Positions 1-12,400 of a stretch of 64,000 nucleotides of DNA are shown here, piece after piece. The stretch covers positions 1,545,557 to 1,609,556 of the forward strand of contig CAJINV010000003.1 of the NCBI GenBank assembly GCA_905178155.1, written 5' to 3'. This DNA is from Amoebophrya sp. A120. Lineage: Eukaryota; Protista; Dinoflagellata. Under the pieces are notes generated by a model. It ran no database searches and was not told the DNA's origin. It worked only from the letters and a program-made list of their open reading frames with translations. Every line of letters starts with the position of its first letter. The first letter of the stretch is position 1. Both the position numbers and the translations under genes were made by a program.

Positions 1-715
1 GAGCTTCTTCACTCTTGATGTTACTTCCAGGTTGCGCTCCAGCGACCTGCCTACTTGAGCACTTCGTTCTTGTATCTTCAGTTCTTCTTCGTGCAGCGAC
101 CCGAGCTGTATGCTCCTATTTTCCAAGATTCGTTCGCGGTCAGTTTTGACACAGACAGCGGATATTATCTTAATCTTCTCGACCGGCGAATTTTTCAGTA
201 AGCAAATTACAGCGACAAAACGACAATACAACTACAATCTAGCGACCAATTCTTCAATATTAGACGGACCTAAAAAGAGAAAAATTTAGAAAGAGACAAC
301 ACCTTATTTCATTTACGACCCCTGTGCGACATCGACAACCACAATTCGCAGTATGGAGGTTAGCAACGGAATGCACACGGCAAGTGGTCGCCTGGCTTCG
401 TGGATCTGTCTTCAATGTTCGAGTCGTAAAAAACTACCGCCCTGTAATAGCAAGATCCTGCTACCGCCACCTGCCGAAAGAGCTGCTCAGGTACTGGAAA
501 ATGCATGTCGGGATCCAGTTAGTTCATAAAATCGATTTTCACTGGTTTTATTGTTTCTGGATCTCGACGGTTAAGCGTCTCGTCAGAAAGGTTGCATTCC
601 TCTGTCTTTTTTGCTCGTGGCAGCACCGTGCGACGGATTAGTCAAAGGGAAGTAGTGCTTGCTTTAATTATCAATGTGTTATTTCATCGGTAGTTGGTCT
701 ATTGCAATAAAGGCG

Positions 716-915
716 AATTCCATTCGGTGAGGAAGAAAATTCTGTGATATGGTATGTAAGTACTCACTTGCTGCAGCTGCAACATGCCCTTGCCGCGTAC
801 GAATGAGAATCTGATGCCCGAAAAAAGCACGCGGTAGTAAGCTCAGGAGGAAGTAGGAGCGTTCCACGACCTGGAAAGTGACAGTGGCGTCGGGCAGGAC
901 AAGCAGACACATTAC
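716..915 (+). pseudogene. Degenerate copy of the 5' end of the channel gene at 9363-9555
   Basis: ttccacgacctggaaagtgacagtggcgtcgggcaggacaagcag here matches ttccacgacttggaaactgagagtgacgtcgggcaggacaagcag near 9500-9544; no continuing ORF. Confidence 0.65.
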
Positions 916-2021
916 CGCCCAGCTGTCCACGCAGTACCCGAGATTCCATTCTAGAAGTGTGCTGTTAGAGGCTGTGTAACAATTGGACCCCCTTTCACCA
1001 GGGGGGTAGTGGCCTGCTGGAGACCAACCTCCCCCCCCTTTCGTCGGGAGCCATGCGAAGTAAAAAAAGATCGGGCGCGGTGCGCTTTGAGTTGCTCCCT
1101 GTGTTGCCGGAAGTGAAAAAAATTGCGCGCGCCCGCTGCCGGTAAGCCGAGCAAGTTCGTTTTGTTCATTTTATTTATTGCTGCGCGCGCGTAATGTTGG
1201 CAAAGTTAAACTTTTTGGGGCGCGCTGCTTGCGCCCGTTGCGACTGCATTTACATCAACATCGCGCTGCGTGTGCGTGCCTACTACAGCTGTAAGCGCCG
1301 GCCCTGAAAACGCGCGCGTGCCTCCTCTCCCGCCGCAAGCGTCTCACGGCATGGATGAGGAAAGGAGAGTTCGGGCGCGCTTTGTGTGCCCACCGACTTG
1401 TGAAACCCACCAAGCTGTGAGGGATGCCCGCAGTCAACATACGGGGCACCCACAATCGGTCCGGGGCGACTTCCTGGTCGGAATGCGAAAAAAAGACAGC
1501 TCAGGCGCGCGCCCTCCTATTTCTGCCGGCGCCCCCATGTCGCACGCGACGCGGCGGGTTCGGAGCGCGCCCACAGATAACAAGCAAAAAGCCTCCTTGG
1601 GCCTATTAGTTACGTGCGCCTGTCGTGTGCCTGCTGCCGACCAACCAACTTCCCATCGCGAAGGCGCCACAAAACGAAGGGCCGTCTGGCGTTACGAGGC
1701 GAGACCCCCGGGAGCCCCCCCAGCTCCGCGCCGGGGTGCCAGCTCCCGTCCTCCGCAATTGAACCAACCTGCCCCCCCTCCCCCTTTCGCCTTCGCGAAA
1801 GGGGGCCGAAGTTGCACAGCCTTGTGAAAAATGCAACGAGGCTACTAACTCGCTCGGCGGTCGCTAAGAAGCAGGCACGCGACTGCATTTCTAAACCGAG
1901 TTTGGCTAGTACGGGTACGCAAGATTGCTCCTTCCCACTGACGACACCGTAAATCGGCTCCTTTTTCGTAAACCGACTGACGACCACACTGCGAGCGAGG
2001 TTGCTCTGGAACTTTCCAACG

Positions 2022-5000
2022 ATGATGAACTTCTTGGGCTTGTTTCTCCTACTTGTGCGCACGGGGCCGCTTCTCGTCCGTGGAGAAATACGGTTGCACG
2101 AAGGCGACCAGGACGAGTTCAGCGCCGGTGCCTCAGCCTCAGCTTCACCACCAGACCAAACGGAAACGGAAGCCGATACCGGAAATACGAAGCCTGCTCA
2201 ACTACTCCAGCACAGCTGGGAGCTGTCCTTTGCCGGAGACACCCACCCTGCTGTCGCCGGTGATAACGGTAACGGGGCGGATCCGGATGATGAGGAGCCT
2301 GAGAACGCGTTTAGTGTGATGATTCCGCGTGACGATGCGAGCGCGGTGAACTTGACGTCGCGCGCCCTCATCCTACATCCTGGCAACAATTTCGAGGCGC
2401 GGGGCGGCAGCGCCTTCATTGCCCTGCAAAGCTGGTCCTGGTTGGGTGGTTCTGGTTCTGACCTAACCGTTCCTTTCTGGAACCTCCCCACTGACGTGAC
2501 TTCCTACCTCCGCCAGTGGACCTCCGACCGAATACGCAAATTTACGGAGTCATTACCACGGTTGGGGGAGGACCTCTCGTGGGACAACTTGAAGAAGATA
2601 GGTGCAAAGCCTCAACACAGGACGAAATTTATATTTGAACAAATCAAGACGCAACTGGGGCGGTCGATCACAGAACCGATTCTCAAAATGATTATCGGCG
2701 GAGAATCGACCTTAGAGAACTTTTCACGCGGAACTGCTGAACGTTTTGCCGAACGCTTTCTGCTTGTTCTGATGCCCCTCGTGGACCCCGACTCGACGGA
2801 CAAGATTGATTCCGTCAGGGAAATGTTCAAGAGCTATTTTCTGAAGCCCGGCGGACTAGCGACGTGGTTGCGTCATTACCTCGAGCATAGACTACTCCCG
2901 AAGATCATTCACGGAATTGAGGAAAGCGTTCTGGGCACGACGTATGTGTCGATCAAGCAAGAAGAACGAGGAGCATCGGATACGATAACTACGCGACCAA
3001 GCGTAACCGACCCGGACATAATTGACCACGAAGCAGAATTACTAAAATTACAAAAGAGGGTAGAAGCGAGAGCACGAGGCAACTCAGCCTCAGCCCCGGA
3101 GCCAATGACAGCAGCAGAGCTTCAACAAGAGAAGGAGAAGCGCAGGAAGCTTCGTGCGCGTGCTGATCGCCATGTTAAACATCTGCAGCACTTAGAGCAG
3201 GAGACGCCCGAGAACAAATTCCAATTAATACAAGCAATGCGCATCTGGAGCTGGACCACTTCCGGAACGACATCCGGAGAAAACAGGCACGTTGCGGCGC
3301 CCTACGAAAAGGTGAGGCATTGCTACGACGAGGAGCGCCACCCCCACGGTTCACAATCTGCAGACCTTTGCTACGTCGACCACCACGATGCTGCTTTTAT
3401 ACAGATTCACGCAAATCACCAGGAGTGCAGCCATAGCCAACAGCACGAGGGCGAGCGCCAGCACAATCGTCAACGACGCAACGGGCAACACCAACACAAT
3501 GGGGAACTAACTCCCATGCCCAAGACGAAGGCAGGACAGAAGCACTGCGAAACATTGGAGGGCGTGGAGCTGTCATTCAACACGGATCTCTTGCCTGCGC
3601 ACAAGCTACTTCAAACTGGTTTTCTGGGAATCACTTTAGTGGAGTCGCTGGCCGATGTTATGAGCGAGCTCTTTCTCGTCGCGATCTGGGAGGAGTTGCA
3701 GGACTCATTATTTGCGTTCTTTTTGGACTCCGCACTGGTGGTCGTCGACGTGATAATCAGCACACTCGCTTATCTTCTTCAAGATGTAACGGGTCAAATA
3801 ACGGAGTGGCGCAAAGCAGCCGAAATATCGCTCCAGGTTTTTATTGGTAACGCGCTCTTTCATGCGTTCGATGTTTTGCCGCGTACTGTGATACCACAGG
3901 CGATTCGAGATGACCTAGCTGACAGCAACAACGCGGAGGTGATCGAATCCTTTATTCTTATTCCTCTCGCCGCCGCGCTTCAGAAGAAGGACCATGCCGC
4001 CAAGTGGAATCGTGGCAATTATGTGGCCATCCGGCCGGAACAAATTCTGGAACGAAGACGAACAGTAGAATTCGAAAAATTTGCGTCCCGGTGGAACAGG
4101 TTTGTTATTGTTTCAACAGGACAATCCGGTCCGCCCGGATCAAATCCGCGACCGCGAGCCACAGCAGAACGAGGAGAAGGGGACTTCCTAGAGAGGAGTT
4201 GCGGCCCTGCGGCATCACGGGCGCTGACGTTGTCTGCGCAAAGAGCGCTTGCGCGGACAGTTGGAGATACCTTTCTGCAATTCGCTGACGCCAGCACGTT
4301 TTTACAAAACCTCAGGGTCGCCGACCCTGTCTTAGGATGGTCATGGGCGTTGGCGCGGCCAGTCGTGCGGAAATTCGCGGAAGAAGCCGCCTTTCAACTT
4401 ATCGCCTTGGCGGAGGCATTTTCATTGCAAGTAGCCGCAAGCGCAACAGAAACAATATCAATAGATCGTCGCATCGCCGTATCAAAGCTCGAAAATGAAA
4501 TCCGTGCCGGTTTGAGCGAAGCGGTCAAGAAGAAGGTGGAAGCGGTACTTAAGGAAGTTTTCGGCGACAAATATCTCGGGAATAGTGGGGCGCAAAAAGA
4601 AACTGCCGCCGCCGTGCAGCTGGCAGTTTCTCTCCCGTTGCAACCTAAACTGCGCGGTGCGACGTCGTCGCTTATTCAGGAGAGTGACAGCAGCGCGCTG
4701 GAGCGGGACCGAGCCGAGACTCAACACGGAGCAAAGCAAATTGCTCATAATATGGCGCACACGGTGCCTGAGCTCGAAGATGATCTGCTTCCGCCACTCG
4801 GCCTAGTCCATGCCAACGGAACTGAAGCCGCAGAAACCGATCTGGAGGAGGCTTTCATCCAGGCGAGGAAGAAACCAGCGGCATCGACACATGACCAGGA
4901 GAATGCCAGCAAGACGGTTGCTGAAAAAGCGCAAGCTTTTATCAAGTGGTTCGAAGACGAGGTTAAGAAGCTCGTCAATGGCGGCAATGAGTTAGGAAGA

Positions 5001-5927
5001 CAAGTCGAGAAAGGAGAGTTCTCGTTCTACTTCTGGCTAAAGGCGGCTGCGTTGAACAGCATCAGCGCCAGCGGCTTCAAAATTTACAGCGCACTGGACT
5101 TTCTGGAAGATGTTGATAAGCTTCTCCACAAGAGTACAGCCGGTGCGGTCGCGGTCGAAGTTGCGCGGAAGGTCGCATTATCACAGGACCCCAAATTTGC
5201 ACCGGCTGAAGTCGCCGCAATCTTGAACGCCGTAAGCGGGACGATGCACAGCAGTTCATCGCTCAAAGAAGCGGTCAGCTTTTATCCGCTTGTAGTGCAA
5301 AAAGAAAACCCGGAGCAGGAGTTGCTGCGGGGGCTCCGAGATGCTGTCCCTGTCCTTCACAAATTTTTTGCGAACCCTGGGAAAACGTTGCAACGATTGA
5401 GGGAAACGTTGCAGCGCCTGGACTTGGAAAGCACAGCAAAAGCTGTCGTCGAAGCCATTGTGAATCGGGGGTTGGAGTATGCCAGAAAGTTGCTTAAAGC
5501 TCTCCCCCTCTCGGGACATTCGCAGTCACATTCACATTCGCATTCACATTCACACTCACATTCACATTCACATTCACATTCACATTCGCATTCGTCACAA
5601 CACTCGTTCACGCAGACCGAACACGGATTCACTCCGGCCCGACCAGCAACTGCGTTCGACCTTTTTCCCAAGGAGCAATTTTTCGAGGACGCACGGAACG
5701 TGTACGTGGGTTCTTCCGAGCCTTCTTCGCCGACCGAAGCCCATTCTACGCACGAAAAACAGGACGGAAAGGTGGACGAATGGGCGGAGTATGAGAAGAC
5801 CTCGTCCTCCTCAAGCTCGAGCCCGATCATAAGGAAGTCGAGCCCGCAACACGACGAACAATCAGGATCCGGACTGTTTCTGTTCGGCGAGGAGGAGGAC
5901 GAAGAGGCGGACAGCTTTTCATCGTAA
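2022..5927 (+). CDS. Large hypothetical protein (~1300 aa), probable signal peptide, His-Ser repeat near the C-terminus
   Basis: Uninterrupted ORF; N-terminus MMNFLGLFLLLVRTGPLLVRG is hydrophobic; no family recognised. Confidence 0.75.
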   Translation: MMNFLGLFLLLVRTGPLLVRGEIRLHEGDQDEFSAGASASASPPDQTETEADTGNTKPAQLLQHSWELSFAGDTHPAVAGDNGNGADPDDEEPENAFSVMIPRDDASAVNLTSRALILHPGNNFEARGGSAFIALQSWSWLGGSGSDLTVPFWNLPTDVTSYLRQWTSDRIRKFTESLPRLGEDLSWDNLKKIGAKPQHRTKFIFEQIKTQLGRSITEPILKMIIGGESTLENFSRGTAERFAERFLLVLMPLVDPDSTDKIDSVREMFKSYFLKPGGLATWLRHYLEHRLLPKIIHGIEESVLGTTYVSIKQEERGASDTITTRPSVTDPDIIDHEAELLKLQKRVEARARGNSASAPEPMTAAELQQEKEKRRKLRARADRHVKHLQHLEQETPENKFQLIQAMRIWSWTTSGTTSGENRHVAAPYEKVRHCYDEERHPHGSQSADLCYVDHHDAAFIQIHANHQECSHSQQHEGERQHNRQRRNGQHQHNGELTPMPKTKAGQKHCETLEGVELSFNTDLLPAHKLLQTGFLGITLVESLADVMSELFLVAIWEELQDSLFAFFLDSALVVVDVIISTLAYLLQDVTGQITEWRKAAEISLQVFIGNALFHAFDVLPRTVIPQAIRDDLADSNNAEVIESFILIPLAAALQKKDHAAKWNRGNYVAIRPEQILERRRTVEFEKFASRWNRFVIVSTGQSGPPGSNPRPRATAERGEGDFLERSCGPAASRALTLSAQRALARTVGDTFLQFADASTFLQNLRVADPVLGWSWALARPVVRKFAEEAAFQLIALAEAFSLQVAASATETISIDRRIAVSKLENEIRAGLSEAVKKKVEAVLKEVFGDKYLGNSGAQKETAAAVQLAVSLPLQPKLRGATSSLIQESDSSALERDRAETQHGAKQIAHNMAHTVPELEDDLLPPLGLVHANGTEAAETDLEEAFIQARKKPAASTHDQENASKTVAEKAQAFIKWFEDEVKKLVNGGNELGRQVEKGEFSFYFWLKAAALNSISASGFKIYSALDFLEDVDKLLHKSTAGAVAVEVARKVALSQDPKFAPAEVAAILNAVSGTMHSSSSLKEAVSFYPLVVQKENPEQELLRGLRDAVPVLHKFFANPGKTLQRLRETLQRLDLESTAKAVVEAIVNRGLEYARKLLKALPLSGHSQSHSHSHSHSHSHSHSHSHSHSHSSQHSFTQTEHGFTPARPATAFDLFPKEQFFEDARNVYVGSSEPSSPTEAHSTHEKQDGKVDEWAEYEKTSSSSSSSPIIRKSSPQHDEQSGSGLFLFGEEEDEEADSFSS
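5517..5595 (+). repeat. Coding (CATTCA)n-type microsatellite encoding poly(His-Ser)
   Basis: Tandem cattca/cattcg/cactca hexamers. Confidence 0.9.
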
Positions 5928-6779
5928 AGTACAGCAGCGCGACAACTTCACGGGGACGATTTCCATAACGACGAAGTTGCAGCATTCTCGACCCCGACCG
6001 CCTCCTCCAGTTTTACTTCCTCGACGTCCTCTAGTTCCTCTACTTCCCGTATTAACAACATCAACACGAGCGTGGACCTGCCGAAATCGGAAGAGAAGGA
6101 GCAGAAGTTGAAGGAGGAGGAAGAGGAAAAGTAGAAAAAGACAGGCGGGAGGGTGGACGAGCAGCAGCAAATGAAGCAGGTGTACGAAGGAGGTGTCGAT
6201 GACGACGACATCTAATCAGACGGGAAGATAGCAAGATTCCCATGCTGTTTCATCGCGACGATGAATACATGTAAAGCCCAGCCAATGCAAGATCGAGCCC
6301 GCACCAGCATCCTGTTTCACTATTCTCGCGCAAAAGCAACCTCCACATGAAGGACCCCGACGACTCGGCCCCGCCCTGTTTTACTGTCCAGCACCCTGGT
6401 CATACACATGCGATCGACTGTAGTACAAAACGCATCCACGACACCGACAAAATTGACGCCCACGATAGGCAGAGGGAGACAGCAACAACATCAAGCGACT
6501 AAACGACGAAACTTTGATGAAGCTGCGGATCTTTCTTTCATCGACAGTGACAGATGTCGAAGAAGCTGGAAGAGAAAGCTGATACTGAAGACCGAAGATG
6601 TTCTTGCAGCGTGGTTTGGTTTTTCGAAAATGAAGAATTTTTGATCTGTCTCTTTTTTGTGGATCTTGAGAAGTAGAAGTATGAAGACGATGCGTCTTTC
6701 TTTTGTGGGCTATGATGTGTCTTTCTTTTGTGCGTCTCAAGTATGTGGTGATAAGTCGTACTATTGGTCTCTGTATAAG

Positions 6780-6820
6780 TATTCCCATTCGTCGAGGACG
6801 AAAATGCTGTGATGCAACCT
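6780..6820 (+). repeat. 41-bp direct repeat, second copy at 9363-9403
   Basis: tattcccattcgtcgaggacgaaaatg(c/g)tgtgatgcaacct, one mismatch between copies. Confidence 0.9.
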
Positions 6821-6902
6821 ATGGCGTACTCAGATGCTATATCGCCAGGCCTTGCGGCGTTTGTCATGCAGGACTATCAACAACATGCAGGAGCCCGATA
6901 GT

Positions 6903-8355
6903 CTAAACAGCTACGAAACCTGCCTCGCAAATGCATGGGGCCGCTGACGACGCAACTTCTGAGGCCGCCTTAGTGCTCTTCCTCTTGTGCGTCACCCTGT
7001 GCAGCATGGTGTGGAGTTTTTCCCGGTAAAAATCCCGGGTCCCCTGGTGTCTGGTGTCTACAGGAGCTAGCTGCTTGGCGATCGGATTCCATTTTTGGAT
7101 GAAATTGCGCGCAAGCCGGACGTCAGCGACAGGAAGAGAGAAAGGAGCTTGCGCTGCCACTTCGTCTGCTGATGCTACCGCATATGCGCGGAGAGGCGCG
7201 TGCTCTGGCGCTGTTTTTTTCGAGCTGGTAGCGGTGCCGCTTCCGCTTTCTGGGATAATCCGCGCCTTGATTTCATCGCCAACCGGTGTGTAGCCAGAAG
7301 GAGGTCCAGCTGCGCCACCTACTTCGGCGTTGATGGTTTCTTTGGCCCCGAGGTTTCTAGTTCCACTACAAGAGGCGAAGCTGCTCGCCATGTTTAGTGC
7401 GCGACTGTTGGTCAGCATGTCCTGGACACGGTCAAGAAGGTGCTGCTCGTCTTTTTCCTTCTCCTCGGGAACACGAAAGAGCAACGTCTCATACATCTTC
7501 CGCCGGACGGGGTCGCAGAGGTTATCGGGGAAAAAAATTCGCCACCCCATACCCAGGCTGGAGTGATCTGATGCTGATTTGTGGCCACGATTCACGCTGT
7601 CATGCCAAACGGGAAAAGATGCGGAAACAGCATGACAGATTGCCTGCGAACTTCGCTTCTTGTTGCTTTACCAATACAGTCGAGCTGCTCATGCAAATCC
7701 AACATGACGGCTTTCCTCTCTGGTTTGGGGTGAGGGGGTTTTCCTCACAATAAAGACAATAACTCTTGACATCTTCCGTGTGGGCACAGCTACTTAAGTA
7801 GGGAACGCCGCAATCACATTCAAGCCAACAGATTGTGCCCATGTACTTGTTGTGCAGCTCCTGCCCACGTCGTAGTGGTGCTCCTTTTTCGTTGCCGCCC
7901 CCTTTTATGTTGCCGCTCGGCTTTACGTTGCCGCCCCCTTTTACGTTGCCGCCCTTTTTGTTGGGTGTTTTCCCTTTGCCCTTTCCACCTCGTCGCTTCT
8001 GGTTGAGGTTTGGAAGCTGGAATGCTTGTGCGGCAGCCGCTGGGTTTGTGCTCGAGGAAGAAGCGCTGGCATTATTGTTGGCGAGGGTGCGGGAACTGCT
8101 GGATGAAGAACCGCCAACCTGCTCGCTGTGAAAGTTCAACATCTGCGGCAGCGCTGCGACTGGGGGAAATGTTGCAGGATTGGATGCGACGCTGCTAGAT
8201 GATGGACATCCACAGACCTGGTTAGCTGGGTGAGCACACGCGGGTATTACGGGGGCACTGTTGTCAACGACTTCATCGCAGAAGAAATCGTCCGCGGATG
8301 CCTGGAGGACCAGGGCGTCTCCGGGAAGTGGTTTTCTTTTCTTCTTCGGCGCCAT
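6903..8355 (-). CDS. Putative nuclear Cys-rich protein in two adjacent frames (7600-8355 and 6903-7595); possibly frameshifted or TE-borne
   Basis: Starts MAPKKKRK (classical NLS); cluster of CxC/CxxC pairs; second frame is open back to ~7667, so one frameshift would join them. Confidence 0.45.
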
Positions 8356-8619
8356 CTTGTAAAAAATGGAACGCGGGCAATTATTTTCTTTTGAACTTTG
8401 GCAAATTGGTCGTTGGGCTTACGTTCGTATGACTTTCCTCTCGCGATAAAAAAAAAACCCACAAATGCTGTTGGGGAAAGTAGCGCTCATCTCTCATGAG
8501 AAAAAAAAGGATTTGTCACCGCGGGGATGGATGGGAAAAAAATGGTAGAGCGAGCGTCGCTGTGATGCAGGACCGAACTCCTTGACAGCTTGCCACCCTA
8601 TGCTAGTAGATGCCACTGC

Positions 8620-8946
8620 TCGTTATCAGGGGCTTCGCTACGGTCAGGGACTCCATCAAGCTATGAGAGAGTGTCAAAAAACATTCACCATAGCGGGTCC
8701 CCGCTACGATCAGGGGCTCTACCGACGGACTTTGCTACCAGGGGTTTTCTTTTGCAATTTCTACCACCTTTGATCGCGCACAGAAGTTTTGCTATCAGGG
8801 GTCTCGCGTCGCTATCAGGGGTCTGCGTCACGGTCCGGAACTACCGAATTTGCTATAGGGGGACTACCGACTTTGCTATCAGGGGTCTTTACGTCCGGGG
8901 TCTTTACGTCCGGGGTCTTGCTAGCAGGGTCCGGGGTCTTTCTATC
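8620..8946. repeat. Imperfect short-unit repeat array (GCTATCAGGGGTCT / TACGTCCGGGGTCTT)
   Basis: Roughly ten degenerate units with variable linkers. Confidence 0.8.
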
Positions 8947-9453
8947 ACCCTTCTTAACCCGCCGAAATAACACCTTGGTCTCCCTCACCCGATACCTGCA
9001 TGCATCAACCCAGAATCGACAATGCCGCCAAAAAACGAAAGCCGCAGAGAGAGACTTCGAGATCAGAAAGCAATGTCGGGGTTGTTTGCAATGTTGCGGC
9101 GTTGCAACATTCCCAGGGACCGCCCGCGTGGAGGACGCACATGCAGGGTTTTTGGTCCCCTCAGTGCCACAACGCAGTTTGCTGTGGCACTTCATGCAAA
9201 GGTCGTATGAAAACTTGTTTGCGAGGTTTCTTCAGAAGCTTTCTTAAGGAGCTCTCTTAAGAGGTACCGCCTAAGCAATTTTTTTTAGAATTCATTTTCT
9301 AAGAGCCTCCTATAGATTATAAATTACAGGCACACCTTGACTCATTTCTGAATAGTTATTATTATTCCCATTCGTCGAGGACGAAAATGGTGTGATGCAA
9401 CCTTCTGCAACCTGCCCCCGTAGCTTTCGGTGCCGAGTACGAAGTAGAATTCG

Positions 9454-12400
9454 ATGCAGGAACACAGAAAAATGCAGCATCCAATCGAAGAAGAAGCTTT
9501 CCACGACTTGGAAACTGAGAGTGACGTCGGGCAGGACAAGCAGAAACACATTTCCGTGCAGCGGTCCGCGCGGGGCCCCCCGCGGCCGCCAATTCCAACT
9601 AGTCCCGCTTTTGTTGAGATGCAGATGCAACCGGTTCCGCACACGCTTTCATCGGGGAAAATGCGGTATCTCGGCCTCCCTGAACAGAAGATGTCAAGGC
9701 CAGCGGCTGTCGTGGAGGAGGCAATAATGGTAAAACCGATCGCCGCGCCACAGCCGCAACCCCGGTTGAGTGCAGTGTCGCCCGGAACTGCACAAGAGCA
9801 GGAGGTGGTGGATGAGGAGGAGATGCATTCTCTAGCCTATCTTCCCGCCGCGGAGCACGTGCCCTACCAGAATCTTTTCGGGAAGGTGCTTTTCGGAAAA
9901 GGGGGCTACTACGGGCCCGCGAACGCAGCAAACGTGCCCCTGGAACGGCGTCTGAAAATCTACATCGCGCTACGCATCTACTACATTCGGCACATCGATT
10001 GTAAGGAAGGGACCTACGAGCTGTCCTTCCGCCAGCTGAGAACCATCCGCAAGCCGCCGGGGATGGAACACGTCCTGCCCCTCCTCCGGGAGCGTGCGAA
10101 ACTGATAGGGGCACGAATGAGCAACGTGCCTCGAAATTCCCATAGTGCATCAACTCAGCAAGTGCCAAGCCCCGCACGAGCCACGACCGAGCGGACCAGC
10201 AATTCGAACGCTGCTTCACCACCTTCCCGCGACCACCACCACCTGGAAGGTGCGGTCGTGGAGAAACTGCAGATCAGGCCTGCTCTGGCATCGTCACCAA
10301 CTGCCGTGAGTAAAGTTGGAGTGGTACTATCAGAACCGAACTTGGTGATCGGAGGGTGCTCCCCGCAACCCAGCCCCGCCGCGCGCTCACACGCTGCGCA
10401 AATGGAAGCGGAAGAGTGGATGCTGCCCACGCGCTACTATCTTTCGCCTTACGCACTGAGGAATGTGCTGCCGTGCGATCTGAAACTGTTGGACCAAGAA
10501 TTTTTGTCAGTTCTACAACCTGTAGCAGAGTACCTTTGACACAAAAATCCATGCGTGAACATAGACGTTGTCGTTGTACTCTGAGCGGACTAAAGAGAGA
10601 CGACCACATGTATGCTTGTGGACCTGCTAAAGAGTGAGCACTCTGCACATGATAATGTCAACTGAAGAATTCTTGTTTTTGTGCATCTCGATGAATATTA
10701 CAAAAATTCTGCTTCCGTCAACCATGATCGTTCCACGACACCTTTTTCCTTTGAATGCAGCGGGGAGCAGCGAGAGTTTTCCGCGGAGATTCCCCTGCCG
10801 CAGGAGCTCGTGTTTTCGAACCGCTTGGACGAGGGCGCGGTCACGTATCCACAAAAAAAGAACCAACCCCATCTTCCGATTTGTCATGCAAAACATGCAT
10901 AAAATCCAGTATTTGTCATGTAAAAAATGGATGGGGATTGATTGTTGTTTCGTTTTGGATATCACGGAAGACGAACCCTTCGTGCACCTCGAGACGGGCG
11001 ACGTGCACCACTTTGTGTACGGCCGCGTGACGCTCGAGCACCAGTACGACATGCGGCAGTTCCCCTTTGACGGCCACAAGCTGCCTGTATGAAATGCAAA
11101 AATGTCTGGGTCTGGAAGATTCTGAGACTTGTCAACATGCATGTTTTGCATGACCCAGGACGACTATAATGCACGCCCTAGCATCACAGATTTTCAGAGG
11201 GCTTCCTGATGCCTACTCCGCATGACAAGCGCTCTCCTCGCGTAGCACAAACTACACTCCTCTTGCTGGTCATGCAATACAGAGCTTCTTAGATTCCGAA
11301 GTTAGCATCACAAGTTCCAACCTTCCAGACCCAGACATTTTTGCATTTGATAGCCTGCGCAGTTGAGCAACTGCTTCTCCGGGGACCAAAGTTTGATGGA
11401 TGTGGTGGTCTACGCGGTGGACTTTGACTATGGATGTGTCAGGATCAAAATCGACAAAATCGAAAAACTTGTGATGCATAAAATGTAGAGCACTGGAGGC
11501 CTGTATTGGGGAGCAGGCATATGAGGCCGAATGTAAGCCTGTGTAGGGGTATGCAATCATGTGCTGCCAGAGTAGCATGACAGGAGGAGTCTTCTTTCCC
11601 CAATCAGCATGATAGACTGGATTTTGGTGCTCCCGAAATTTGTCATGCGCCACTTGAAAGCTGAGGCTTCAACTGACATCGATTTTGTGCATCACAAATT
11701 TTTTGATTTTGGCAATTTCGCTTCTGACACTCCCATATTGACCGCCGCTGTTGCCACGACCCGGAGTGGGACGTGTGCGTGCCGGAGGTGGACCGCAAAG
11801 GGCCCGCGGAAACGGTGATCTACCTGCCGGTGCAGCGCTACCACTTCTACTACACCCTGAACTTCGTCGTCTTCATGTTCTTCCTCAACCTGATCGGGCT
11901 CACCGGGTTCGCGGTGGTATCCCACGAAAAAAGTGTTACAGTTACACATGTGTTGTCAATTCAGCAACACAAATTTTCTCTGCATGAGAGAGAAAACTTG
12001 CAATGCAGAGATCATAAGGGAAAACACGTATGAAATGAGGCTCCTAAGCATTTTGTGCATGACAGAGCTTGTCTCTGTTGCTTGCTCTGCAACACAATGT
12101 GTAACTGTAACAGTTTTTTCTTTGCATAGGTGGCCACCGACGACGTGGCGGACCGGATCGCGATCTCCGCCACGGTATGCATTGCAAATATGTCAGTCTG
12201 GGTCTGGAAGATTGCGAGACTTGTCATGCTGGTGTCTTCGGATTCTATAAAAAATTTGTATTGCATGAGCAGCAAGAGAAGTAGATTTTGTGCTCCGCGG
12301 AGATGGCATTTCTCATGCGGAATAGGGATGAAGAAGCGCTCTAAAAATCTGTGATGCTAGGCCATGCAATACAGGCAATATGGATCATGCAAAATGTGCA

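Noticed and set aside
951-1010. Helitron 3' end (CTAG plus hairpin)
   Set aside because: The hairpin is too far from CTAG, the flanking base does not fit an AT target, and there is no Rep/helicase
8620-8946. CRISPR-like array
   Set aside because: Units are degenerate, spacing is irregular, there are no unique fixed-length spacers or cas genes, and the context is eukaryotic
11087-11353. General model of GT-AG splicing one base outside the TA ends
   Set aside because: Works only where the flanking bases are G, and would insert a residue into conserved motifs at other sites
11270-12354. Short ORFs with QTQT/PDPDIF/SGSG peptides recurring across the window
   Set aside because: These are translations of the repeated TIR sequence, not a protein family
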